A stretch of 64,000 nt of DNA from the NCBI RefSeq assembly GCF_006345805.1, contig NC_043014.1, positions 8,184,001-8,248,000 on the forward strand, given 5' to 3'. Origin of the DNA: Octopus sinensis. Taxonomy: Eukaryota. A model generated the notes under the pieces. The model did no database searches. It was given only the letters and a program-made list of their open reading frames with translations, and was not told the origin of the DNA. Numbering within the stretch: the first letter of the stretch is position 1; every line of letters begins with the position of its first letter. Shown in pieces: positions 52,321 through 64,000 of the stretch. The position numbers and the translations under genes are program-made.

Positions 52321-52371
52321 AGCTTCTACAGGACTAGAACTGTTTCATTCAGATGAAATCTTCAGGAAGCT
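52321..52371 (-). ncRNA. Type-I hammerhead ribozyme motif with a complete stem III (GUA)
   Basis: agcttc-CTGAAGA-tttcatctgaat-GAAACAG ttctagtc CTGTA-gaagct. Confidence 0.82.
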
Positions 52372-52752
52372 GGCTGTCAAAATAAGTTCTGGTATTTATG
52401 CATTTAGGCAGATTTAATGGAGTGGTGGTGGGGGGGGACGTTTTTTGGGTAGGTTGGTATTTAGGAGATAAACAGGGCACAAGCTATTGTTCTTAGGGGA
52501 GTGGTCTAAAGGCCAGAGTGTTTTTTGAAATGAGAAGAATCAGTGAGAAAATAAAAGAATAAATAGAACAAATGAATAGAAACCCCAAGATTAGTATTTC
52601 AACAGATATATGGGATGGGATTTTAGGTAAATTAGAAGACAATTGCTTTTTGGTGGTCAAGAAGAGGTAGGCAGTTTGTTATTGTTAGGTGGAGGGAATG
52701 AATAGATAAATATACATGAAAAAACATAAAAAATATTTTTAAAAAAATATAC

Positions 52753-52881
52753 TTACAAACACACATACATACACGTGCGAATATACACATACACGTGCGA
52801 ATATACATATGTATACATACGCACATATATATATACATACATACACATACATATATATATATATTTACATATACATACACA

Positions 52882-52915
<34 letters not shown>

Positions 52916-52974
52916 CGTATATATATATATACATATATACACCTACATACACACACACACGCACATATATATAT

Positions 52975-53016
<42 letters not shown>

Positions 53017-53513
53017 CAAATATACATAAGTATACATGCATAAATTTACCCATGTACATATAAACATATACATAATTATGCATATATAAACACATACATA
53101 AATATACACATGTACACACAAACACACACATAAATATATACACGGATATATATACACATATGCACATATAAAAACATATGTGTATATAAATATATATACG
53201 CATATATAAGCATACATACGCATATAAATGTGTATATGCATATATAAATACACACATGCATATACATACACACACACATATATATACATACACATACATA
53301 CACGTACATACATATACATATCTACACATATACACATATATATATACCCATACATAAATCTACATGTCCATATATATATATATATATATATACGTACATC
53401 CATACACAAATATACATGCATACACACATACATTTATATACAAATACACATGTATATATAAATACACATACGCATACATAAATATATACATGGATATACA
53501 CATACATATACAT

Positions 53514-53558
<45 letters not shown>

Positions 53559-53794
53559 ATACACATATACAAACATGCATATATATATATACACATATAC
53601 ACATATACATACATACATACACACATATAAATACACATATATGCATATACATATATACATACATAAACATATACATATGTATATACATACATATAAATAT
53701 ATATATACACATGTACACACATACATACATAAATACATACACACACATACAAACACATGTACACATACACACACACACACACACATGTATACAT

Positions 53795-53841
<47 letters not shown>

Positions 53842-53992
53842 CGCGTATACATACATATGCACATATATACACATACATACACATACACGCATACACATAC
53901 ATATGTACATATACATATGCACATATACATATATATGCACATATATACACAAATGTGCATACATACATATGTATATACATATATATGCATAT
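52753..53992. repeat. Degenerate (TA)n/(CA)n microsatellite
   Basis: Direct reading. Confidence 0.95.
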
Positions 53993-54179
53993 AGTCTTAA
54001 GAGAGAAGGTAATTGGGGGTGATGAATGAACGGTGGTGTGGTGGGGGGTGGGGGTGTTTTGTGGGTGGGGTGTTGTCAGTCGGGTGGCCGGGTGGGTCCG
54101 TAATTTTTGTAGTTTGCATAGATTTTGTGCATACAGTTTGGGGAGTGTTCCGAGATCTTGTATGCATGTACATATATAT

Positions 54180-56610
54180 GCGTAAATACCTCGACCGTGT
54201 CCTTGCCCCCCTAGTGGCATCTCTTCCCTCCCACATCCACGATACCAACCATGCTCTCCGGCTTTTCAACTCTTTCTCTTTTCCTCCCGGCTCCTCCAAA
54301 TCCTCCTTTTTACTATGGACATCCAAGCCTCTATACTGTTATCCCCACCACGAAGGACTGCAGGCCCTTCGACACTTTCTTGACCTCCGTCTAAACCCTG
54401 TCCTGACACCTCCACACTCATTCGTCTGCCGAACTTGTCCTTTCTGAACTGCTTCTCGTTCGCGGGCGAGTTCTACCATCAGGTCTCGGGAGTGGCCATG
54501 GGAACGCGAATGGGCCCCAACTATGCGAACCTGTTCGTTGGCTATGTTGAGCCCAAATATTCTCTAATTTCACTGTCCCACTCCTGAACGATATGGTCGT
54601 TACATTGACGACATTATCGGTGCCACCTCACTCGCCGTGAACATCTAGATTCCTTCTCCTCTTTCGTCCAATCTTCCATCCAGCCTCCACTTCACTCCAC
54701 TATCTCCAACACCTCTGTCTCCTTCCTCGACATTTCGGTTAGCATTTTCACTCCACTCTTACCACCTCCATCACTACAAACACACAGACTCACACTCATA
54801 CCTCAACTTCTCTTCCTCCCACCCAGAACACACCAAGCTTTCCATCCCCTATTCCCAATTCCTCCGTCTACGTAGGCTCTGTAGTGACGACCATGACTTT
54901 GAGACTCAGTCTCAACGTATGGCTCACCACTTCACCCTACGTGGATAACCCTCCACTATCCACACCGCCCTTGCCAGAGCACGGTCCGTGGACCGTGTAT
55001 CTGCTCTCTCTCCCCGAACCCGCCCTGTATTCTCCCGCCTCCCTTTTCCCCTCACTTACCACCCCACGACCCTACGTCTCCAACGCACCATTCTTCGAGC
55101 TTCCGTCATCTCCGTCCGACCCGTCCACTTCACACCTCTTCCCTAACCGACCCCTCCCCTCTTTAAAACGAGCCCACACCTTCGAGACCTTTTGGTCCAT
55201 AGCTCCTTCCTGACCCTACTCCAACACCGGCTCGTTCCCCTGCTCCCGCCCACATTGCTGCACTTGCCCTTACCTCTCCAACACCACCCGCCTCACTAGC
55301 ACCCACCATCGACCCTATCCCATCATCCACTCCTTCACCTGCACCTCCAGCAATATTATCTATTGCGTCTCTTGCTCTCTCTGCAATTCCTTGTACATCG
55401 GACAAACGGGACGCCGCTTGGCTGACCGGTTCGCGGAACACCTTCGTGACATCCACCTTGCGAACGAACACCGGTCTCACGCCATTTCCGCTCCACCGGT
55501 CACTCCTTGCAACACCTATCTGTGTTCGGTTTGTCCTTACACAGAGGCCATCCGGATTCCGTTTGCCGCGCGCCGTGAACAGGAATTAATCTTCTCTCTT
55601 CGCTCTTTTATACGCCATTTGGTCTCACTCTCTCCCCCCCCTCCTCATCAACCCCCCTCTCCCCTCCTCACCTATCCTTCCCCCCGACCCCTACTTCTTC
55701 AGTCCTTCATCCTTTCACCCCTACTCCCCTTCCCTCTTCCCCTCCTCCTTCCTCTGCTCCCTCACTCCCTTCTCTCTCCCCTCCCCCTCTTTCCTCTTTC
55801 CTCCTTCCTCCCCCTCCTCCTCCCCTTCCTTCTCCCCTCCTCTCCTCTTCCCCCCTCCCTCTCCTCTCCCCCTCCCCCCCTCTTCTTCCCCTCCCCTTCT
55901 CCCCTCTTCTCCCCTCCCCCTCTTCTCCTCACTACACCACACGACTTTACACATCACATCATATATGATGTGCCATACTAATACATACACCAACTAATAC
56001 ATACTAATACGTACTAATACATACTAATAACTACTAATACATACACCAACCCTATACAACACACGTCCAGACCCCATACGCACTTATACTCTCTCATACC
56101 ACACACACACACTTATACATACTAATACGTACTAATACATACTAATACATACTAATACATACACCAACCCCATACATACGCCTGTCCAGACCTATCCTAC
56201 GCACTAATACTCTCTCATACACACACACACACACACCCTTATACATACTAATACATACACCAACCCTATACATACACACGTCCAGGCCCCTCCTACGCAC
56301 TAATAGGTGGTCATTCAACCCTGTTATCAACCCTATTATCTCCCCTTATTTCGCTCTTGCGTCTCATGTTTGATCTTTGACTTCTGGCCGAAATCAGATC
56401 GCCATGTTGATTCGTTAGTTACTGCACGCATTTTTTTTCTCTCCTTCTTTCTGTGTTTTTTTTCTCTCTGTGTATCTTTCTGTTGAAGAGCGTAGGCTCG
56501 AAACGTTAAAGCATTGTTTTATTTATATTTCCTGAGCGCCATACTAATACAATTGTTTGTTTGTTTTCCACCTGCCTTCGTCTTTTGTCTATTTTCATAA
56601 AGCTTCCCGT

Positions 56611-56611
<1 letters not shown>
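54180..56611 (+). mobile_element. 5'-truncated Penelope-like retroelement (RT plus GIY-YIG, Neptune-like Cys linker), frameshifted
   Basis: GVAMGTRMGPNYANLF, RYIDDI, FLDI, IPYSQFLRLRRLCS, CxxxxCCxC, IIYCVSC..LYIGQTGR..RFAEH; ends at (TA)n. Confidence 0.92.
56476..56511 (+). ncRNA. Variant minimal hammerhead in a Penelope pLTR (CUGUUGA core)
   Basis: cttt-CTGTTGA-a-gagc gtag gctc-GAAACGTT-aaag; sister motif CTGTCGA at 52052-52076. Confidence 0.55.
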
Positions 56612-56664
<53 letters not shown>

Positions 56665-56673
<9 letters not shown>

Positions 56674-57083
56674 GTCAAATGCGATACAATAAAAATTATT
56701 ATTATCGCCGGTGTTCTAGTACACGCCATATATTATTCATATATAAGTACATAAAAGGCGAAGTGTGTACTAGATACACAAAAGCTGGATAAATTTAATG
56801 AGATGAAAATTAAAAACTTTTACAAACTTAGTTCTTCTTATACTGCAGTTTCGCCTATTTCAGCAATAAAAATAATATTTATTTACTCAGGTAGGCTCTT
56901 CAGTAAGATTCCTGTTATTATGGGAAGCGCACATCAATAGAGGCACGTGCGTCTATTAAATTGCTCTTTCTAAACTATTCAAATCACTGCGCAGACTCAG
57001 AACGTACCCGACAAAATAGGGTTTTATGGTATATCGTCTAACGCTCAAAAATTTATCGAGAAAATACGTAAACAAAGTCAAAT
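56665..57083 (-). mobile_element. ORF-less 403-bp terminally redundant hammerhead element (retrozyme-like)
   Basis: gtaaacaaagtcaaat at 56665 and 57068; (TA)n on both sides; internal hammerhead. Confidence 0.8.
56836..56908 (-). ncRNA. Type-I hammerhead ribozyme motif (GUA)
   Basis: tctta-CTGAAGA-gccta..taggc-GAAAC tgca GTA-taaga; stem I and the base of stem II pair perfectly, palindromic stem III. Confidence 0.9.
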
Positions 57084-57119
57084 ATATATATATATATACA
57101 AACATACATACATATATAT

Positions 57120-57458
57120 GGAGACCCCCTTTGGTCATGTATGACCATGGGATTGTACCAAGAAAGTTACGCTCCGAGGCACAAGTCCGGACAGGGTTGT
57201 TTGTGGAAGTCCAGCTGTCGCCCTTGCATACCAGCCTCCCCTCTCCCCACAACTGATGTTATCCAAGGGAAAGCCAAAGGGGTCGATACAGCTTGGCACC
57301 AGTGACGTCGCAACTCATTTCTACAGCTGAGTTAACTGGAGCAACGTGAAATAAAGTGTCTGGCTCAAGAACACAACACGTAGCCCGGTCCGGGATTCGA
57401 ACTCAAAACCTCATAATCGTAAGCTCGACGCTCTAACCACTGAGATATGCGCCTTCAC
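57120..57458 (-). mobile_element. SINE family D (tRNA head)
   Basis: ctcagtggttagagcg..gagttcgaatccc A/B boxes followed by a SINE-like body. Confidence 0.75.
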
Positions 57459-57659
57459 ATACACATATATATATACATATATATATACATATACGTAAAA
57501 TATGGGGTAGCGAGTTTATTTTAGAAATTTCACTACCAGTGGCCTAGCAGATATAAAAAGTCAATAGACAACATATTCTCAATATAAAATAGTGTACATT
57601 TAAACACAAGCGAAACTGCCTTCAACAGGCAGTTTTACACGCTAGAAGAAGTAGTCAAA

Positions 57660-58060
57660 ACGACCAAACGTTCTTCGCAGTGGTTGGACCAAAATGAAGC
57701 TCCGAAAACCTTCCCTAAATCCAAGCTCTTCAAAAAGAAAGTTATGATGACTGTTTGGTGGTGTACTGCTGGATTCATCCACTATAACGTCTTAAAACCC
57801 GGAAAAACCATTACAGCAGGAAAATATTGCCATGAAATTGCCAAAATGAAAGAAAAACTACTACTCCTCCGTCCCAGACTGGTCAATAGAAGAGGGCCAA
57901 TCTTTCTTCATTACAATGCTCGACCACACGTTTCGCTAATGACGCTCCAGAAGATGAAGGAACTTGGCTACGAAGTTCTTTCCCACCTAGCTTATTCCCT
58001 AGACTACCACTTTTTCAAGCACCTTGATGGTTTCGTGCGAGAGAAGGAGTTCAAAAGTCT
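57660..58060 (+). pseudogene. Mariner transposase fragment
   Basis: KKVMMTVWW..G.TIT..KY..LHYNARPH..DYHFF; no TIRs seen. Confidence 0.85.
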
Positions 58061-58089
58061 TCCATAGTCTTCTTTAATCATTTCACCAA

Positions 58090-58510
58090 TTCTGATTGAC
58101 CATTGCTCCAAATTTCTCCCCAGGTCATCACAGAATAGCCACCATGTTTCATTGTTGGATGCGATCTTTTCACGTCAAGTTCTTGATTACAGAGTCTCCA
58201 GATTCACACTCGACCACTGTCAGAAAATACAGCAAATCTGGACTCATTGGAGAATATAGCAGAGTCCCAAAATGCTATCTTACCGGCCTAGTCTTTACTC
58301 CGCATGATATTAGCTGGTCAAAGAAGTGGCTTCCTTCTTGCTGCTCTGCCATAGTAACCAAGTTGATGGAGATACCTGACAGCTGCTCTGGGACAGACAT
58401 CAACGTATTCTGCTCTGTCAGAGGCCCTGCAACGAGGATTATCTTCCACACTTCTCTTAACAAAGAGAAGGGTCCTGTTAGAGAGCCCTGGTTAACCTGG
58501 GCGAGGTGAT
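58090..58510 (-). pseudogene. Tc1-like transposase fragment
   Basis: Minus-strand WDSAIFSNESRFAVFSDSGRV (FSDESRF motif). Confidence 0.6.
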
Positions 58511-58999
58511 GTGGATTCGTTCCCCTCACTGGGGAATTACACAATCACTCTATTAACTGTAGAAAGCGGGATCCCAAGTTTTTCTGTGATTTTACTCTGG
58601 CCCACAATATTTCTTAATAAAGAAACCTTGATATTGGCTTCAAATTTTGGCACAAGGCCAGCAATTTTGGGGATGGGGATGAGGCGATAACATCGGCTCC
58701 CGTGCTCAACTGATACTTATTTTATCAACCCCGAAAGGTTGTAAAGTGAAGCTGACGCCCGTGACATTTGAAGTCAGAACATAAAGGCGGAAGAAATGCC
58801 ACAAAGTATTTTTTCCGGCACGGTAACGATTCTGCCAGTTTGCCGCCTTAAGAAAACTTACTAAGTTTGATAAAAGCGTCATGACACCTGACTTTCACAT
58901 TATAAAAAGGCAATGAATATGGCATGACGGTATACTAATAAATGTATTCTTTTTGACCAATTTTGTTTTTATTTTCATCTAGAGCTAGCATATTTATTT

Positions 59000-60000
59000 C
59001 TTTATTTCTTTATTGCCCACAGGGGGCTAAACATAGAGGGGACAAACAAGGACAGACAAACGGATTAAGTCGATTACATCGACCCCAGTGCAAAACTGGT
59101 ATTAAATTTATCAACCCCGAAAGGATGAAAGGCAAAGTCGACCTCGGCGGAATTTCAACTCAGAACGTAGCGGCAGGCGAAATACCTATTTCTTTACTAA
59201 CCACAAGGGGCTAAACACAGGGAGGACAAAACAAGGACAGACAAACGGATTAAGTCGATTATATTGACTCCAGTACGTAACTGGTACTTATTTAATCGAC
59301 CCCGAAAGGATGAAAGGCAAAGTCGACTTCGGCGAAATTTGAACTCAGAACGTAACGGCAGATGAAATACGTCTACGCATTTCGCCCGGCGTGCTAACGT
59401 TTCTGCCAGCTCACCGCCTTGATAAATTAAGTACCAGTTACGCACTGGGTCGATGTAATCGACTTAATCCGTTTGTCTGTCCCCTCTGTGTTTAGCCCCT
59501 TGTGGGTAGTAAAGAAATAGGTACTTATTTAATCGACCCCGAAAGGACGAAATGCAAAGTCGACCTCAGCGGAATTTGAACTCAGAACATAAAGACAGAC
59601 GAAATACCTATTTCTTTACTACCCACAAGGAGCTAAACACATAGGGGACAAAACAAGGACAGACAAACGGATTAAGTCGATTATATTGACCCCAGTGCGT
59701 AACTGGTACTTAATTTATCGACCCTGAAAGGATAAAAGGCAAAGTCGACCTCGGCGGAATTTGAACTCAGAACGTAGCGGCTGACGAAATACCCCAAAGC
59801 ATTTCGCCCGGCGTGCTAACGTGTAACTTTCCACTTCATTTTGCGGTTGCAATACATGCTTGCATTCATTCCGCCGAGATCAACTTTGGCTTTCAGCTTT
59901 CGGGGTCGATAAATTAAGTACCAGTTGCGTACTGGTGTCGATCTAATCGACTGGACCCCTCCAAAAAAATTTCAGGCCTTGTGCCAAGATTAGAAAAGAA
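59000..60000. mobile_element. Cluster of nested SINE A copies in both orientations
   Basis: Repeated family A segments; a plus-strand piece ends gaaata|ggtact. Confidence 0.85.
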
Positions 60001-60275
60001 TACATGCTTGCATTCGAGAAAGTGGACAAAGAGAAGTGGGTTTCTATAAAAATGCAAATTATTAACGAAACGAAATACAATTGCCTATTCGTCTTATCAA
60101 GTGATTTTTTAAGCAGAAAGATAAAAATCAAAAACAAAATTAATTAAATTCAAAAGTATTTTTTTACTGCTTTATTTATTCAATATTAAATACATTTTAT
60201 TTTGTTTAGAACAGTTTTTCCGCAGCTTTTTTATCGTTTCAAATTCACCGTGCCACTCTTAATTTTAACAGCGCC

Positions 60276-60320
60276 CAGGAAGTGACATCATTCTTCACAA
60301 CCCGAAGTGAATAATGGCGT
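60276..60320 (+). promoter_or_regulatory. Housekeeping-type core promoter: ETS/CRE-like composite and a YY1-like site over the ATG
   Basis: CAGGAAGTGACATCA at 60276-60290, cccGAAGTG, and ATAATGGCG at the start codon. Confidence 0.55.
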
Positions 60321-60447
60321 CCACTGCGAAAAGCAACAAATCGAAGACGAATGAACAAATTATCGCTGGTTTCCAGGAATTACGGCAACAACAACGTGCC
60401 CTCGCTTCGAAAATATCAGAAGTAGAAATGGATTTAAAAGAGCACAA
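60314..60447 (+). CDS. PFDN2: Prefoldin subunit 2, first coding exon
   Basis: EQIIAGFQELRQQQRALASKISEVEMDLKEH matches the PFDN2 N-terminal helix; donor AA|GTATGT at 60448; later exons not seen. Confidence 0.9.
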
Positions 60448-61134
60448 GTATGTACTTACGATTTGCCTTTCATTCTTCTTTTATATCCTGTTTTAACCAT
60501 CTCCTCTCGTTTTAATTATTTCATGTGAATCTCTTAAGTTTTATCAACATTTTCTTCATTACGGAGTTATTTTTCAGTGCTCGTTTAATTATTTATATAA
60601 TTAATATTGATTTAATGATAGTTAGACCGTATAAATTCATAAAGGAAGGGAATAAATGAAAATGTACGTTTAAATCAGCGGTGGTGCCCCAGCATGGCCG
60701 CGGCCTTCTGTCTAAAACATTTTTAAGGATTTAAGGAAATGTGATGTTTATTATGATCAGGACGATCTTATACAGAATGGGACAACACAGGACAAACAAA
60801 AAACAAAAATGTTATATGAGTTCGTATGATATCATTTAAAAATTTACTAAAATATATTTTATACAGAATTAATTTAACCTTAGACTAGAACCTTTTTTTT
60901 ATTCACATAAGAAAACAGCAAGAAAACGAATAAAAAGATTAAAAGATCGAACCCAGCACCCTATAAAGCCAATATACGTCTAAATGCAGCGAATTTTTAT
61001 AATTATCAAAGCCTCTGGAATTATAAATGCATAAATTTCTGCTTCGTCCTCTTGGAATATTCTGCTTTCTTGACTCTACAACAGTTGAATATTTATTTCA
61101 TAAAGAAAATGTAATGTTCAGTTAGTTCTTATAT

Positions 61135-61354
61135 CAGTGGTTTTCAACCAGGGTTCTGCGGAACCTTAGGGTTTCCGCCAGTACAGTCCAGGGGTTTCGC
61201 AAGAAGTTACAAAACTGCTAAAATCGGCAGTAATTTTTAATTCTCCTGTGCAGATATGTGTGCATAAGACTATTAAATTATTGCACAGGGGTTCCTCGAG
61301 CCAGTGGAATGTTTCCTTGGGGTTCCGCTCCAGCAAAAAGTTTGAAAAGCACTG
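61135..61354. mobile_element. hAT (Charlie-like) MITE
   Basis: TIR CAGTGGTTTTCAA / TTGAAAAGCACTG; perfect 8-bp TSD tcttatat. Confidence 0.92.
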
Positions 61355-61958
61355 TCTTATATACTTTTCTATTTTATTTCGGGTCCAGTCTCCACGACTA
61401 GTATCTTTATTTCGAATACAACCAAACTTGCTATATGATGACTTCTGTTTAACGTTGCTAAATCACCACCCATGTGTCGAATTAATTATCAACCTTCAGT
61501 TTTTCTGCTGCTCCCCACGTGTGTTATACACATCCAGGCTCTACCACTGAATGTGTAGCTACCAATAAAGGGAGGCCAGAATAAAATGTTGCACATTATT
61601 GGCCTGTAAGGAAGTTGGTAAGGAAAAAAATAGCCGGAGTGGAAGGGTTACAATTATCCGAAACTTCTGCAGTTTTTTTCCTCACTCTTGATTTTTTATC
61701 TACACCCTCGAAAACATACCTCTGCAAAATAACTGTTCACCTGTGGAAAATATAATTATTATCCTTCTGTTAGTCAGTATAGGAAAGAACTGTTAAATTT
61801 TTATTTTTTAAATATCCATTTATTAGTTTATAATAAAAGGGACGTAACTCTATTATAAGGCTGAACCTGATGTCATTTTCATGTGAAAGTCCACCTTTTC
61901 TCGTTGTGACATAGCGGTTCGCCAAAAGATAATTAATAATTGTTTTCGAGTAAACCTC

Positions 61959-62116
61959 GGCGATCCTTCGGTATAGGTACCGGAAGTGGCTTTGTTTACA
62001 TTTCTGAAGATAGCAAAAAACCTTTTCTCCTACCCCTAACCCTAACCATATATAGAAAGAAAAACACTTTGTTGAAATGTATCTGGTACTTCCGGTACCT
62101 ATACCGAAGTTACGCC
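61959..62116. mobile_element. Small TIR element containing cctaaccctaacc
   Basis: ggcgatccttcggtataggtaccggaagt / acttccggtacctataccgaagttacgcc; imperfect 8-bp flanking duplication. Confidence 0.7.
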
Positions 62117-63122
62117 AAAGCCTCCCTTGTGACTGCAAACTTCAAATTGAGTTTGGCTTTCTTCCTAAATCTAAGAAAACAGTAACGAATTTGGCAACTT
62201 ATTGATTTGAAGTCTGACTTAACTGGAAATAAAATCCCAGACACATTTGAAAGACTGACACGAAACGAAACTTAGGATCTGAAAGTTGTATGCGTCGAGT
62301 CCTTACTCTTCAGTTGCGTATTAAACTCTTTTTTAACTTGGGGGGGGGGCGGACATTGGTGGAGATGTAAACGAAAGAAGTGGTAGTGGGGGGTTGAAAT
62401 TTTGAAGTTGCTATTTTTGAAAAATTCTTTTCAGAATCTGAATCTCCATAGCCTAAAACGTTTGATTCTGTAAAAAAAAAAAATTCATTAAAAGAATTAA
62501 GGTGGGGAGGGTTTCTTGCAGAAAAGAACATGGGCAAGTGTCTTCTATAGCCTGGGGCCGACCAGAGCCTTGTGAGTGGATTTGGTAGACGGAAACTGGA
62601 AGAAGCCCATCGTATATATATATATATGTGTGTATTTGTTCCCCCACCATCGCTTGACAACCAATGTTGGTGTATTTACGTCTCTGTAACATAGCGGTTC
62701 GACAAAAGAGACCGATAGAATAAGTATTAAGCTTACAAAGAATAAGTCCTGGGGTACCTTGTTCGACTAAAGGCGGTGCTCCAGTATGGCAACAGTCAAA
62801 TAACTGAAACAAGTAAAAGAATAAAAGAAAGTAAGAAAATAGAGAAAAAAGAAGAATGCACACTCCAGTTACATGTCCTGCCAGGAGAAATAGTGTTTCC
62901 CTCCGAATTGTTGAAACACCAAGATATTAACATTGCTGGAGATAATAGCAAGGTTGAGGTACTTGAACAGTTAAGCTATCTCCTGTACATTAGCTGTTAC
63001 ATCAGTGAGTTGGGATACTCCTGGAGTCAATTATATTCCCTGTCAGTAGACCAGCACCACCATCCCCAATTTCTCAAAAGTCATTGGCTTAAAAGGTATA
63101 ATTTACCAACAGATTACAGTAT

Positions 63123-63460
63123 TCATCATCATCATCGTTTAACGTCCGCTTTCCATGTGTTGGACGATTTTGACTGAGGGCTGGCGAACCAGATGGCTGC
63201 ACCAGGCTTCAATCTTGATCTGGCAGAGTTTCTACAGCTGGATGCCCTTCCTAATGCCAACCACTCCGAGAGTTTAGTGGGTGCTTTTTACGTGCCACCG
63301 GTATGGGCGTCAGTCAGGCGGTACTGGCAACGACCGCGCTCGAATCTTTTTTACACATGCCACCAGCACAGGTGCCAGTGAAGCGACGTTGGTAACGATC
63401 ATGCTCGAATGGTGCCCTTTTACGTGCCACGGGTACGGGAGCCAGTTGGCTGCTCTGGCA
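63123..63460 (-). mobile_element. SINE with an RTE-type body and (GAT)n tail
   Basis: ggttggcattaggaagggcatccagctgtagaaac..gacgttaaacgatgatg; internal ttttacgtgccac repeats. Confidence 0.7.
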
Positions 63461-64000
63461 AACCTGCCATCTCCTTTATAGCTTTAAGAAATTTCAATAT
63501 AGGAAATAAGTCACTAATGGTGGCATCTCAAGTAAAGCATCTATTTCTATCCCAAGGGTAAAGAGAAACTCCATCAAGACTCTTCCCATCATCTCTAGAT
63601 GATAACAGTGGTTCCAGAGCTGGGGTGGTGTTTACCTTGGCTAGTACTCATTTGGCAACCAATGTAACCTGCATTTAGTCAAGATGATAACATTAAGGCC
63701 TCCAGAATCAAAGCACCATAATGACGCTTCATTCCCCCACATACATCAGCCTTAACTCTGAAGGCAATGGAAATGCAGAGATCATCCAGGCTTAGTAAGC
63801 CAGTGGTGTTTGCTTCAGGCAAAGTGTCAACTGTCTTTAGCTCTCACAAAAAGTAGGCAGTACTTTGAGTATTGATCGAATTCAACAAAAAGGGAAATAA
63901 AATGGTGCTTTGTAAATTGTCCAGGCAATAATTCTTTTTTCTGGAACTAAGAGTTGAAGCCTTCTCAGCGGTTGTTGAGCTGCAACCACCTCGTTGTTGG

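Noticed and set aside
60448-60496. ORF continuation YVLTICLSFFFYILF as part of PFDN2
   Set aside because: It follows a GTATGT donor and homology stops, so it is intron

Overview
Repeat-saturated animal genomic DNA, most likely an octopus (inferred from the SINE families, the microsatellite density and a metazoan prefoldin exon). The only host gene I can support is the first coding exon and promoter of prefoldin subunit 2 (60314-60447). The rest is microsatellites and mobile DNA. DNA transposons: a near-intact IR/DR Tc1 (DD34E), a deleted DD41D element, mariner and Tc1 fragments, piggyBac and hAT MITEs, and non-autonomous Helitrons. Retroelements: R4/Dong, RTE, CR1-like, Tx1/L1-like and Penelope-like copies, plus at least four tRNA-SINE families. 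The main hidden signal is a dense set of about 10 type-I hammerhead ribozyme motifs from several unrelated small elements, nearly all lodged in (TA)n tracts. They occur in terminally redundant or fold-back arrangements, consistent with Penelope pseudo-LTRs or retrozymes; the clearest case is an ORF-less 403-bp terminally redundant monomer. Also notable are SINE tails that match the 3' ends of Tx1/L1-like and CR1-like LINEs, an apparently GGTA-targeted SINE that self-inserts into 184-bp arrays, and a satellite related to a LINE 5' end. All folds and alignments were done by eye, and the boundaries of degenerate elements are approximate.
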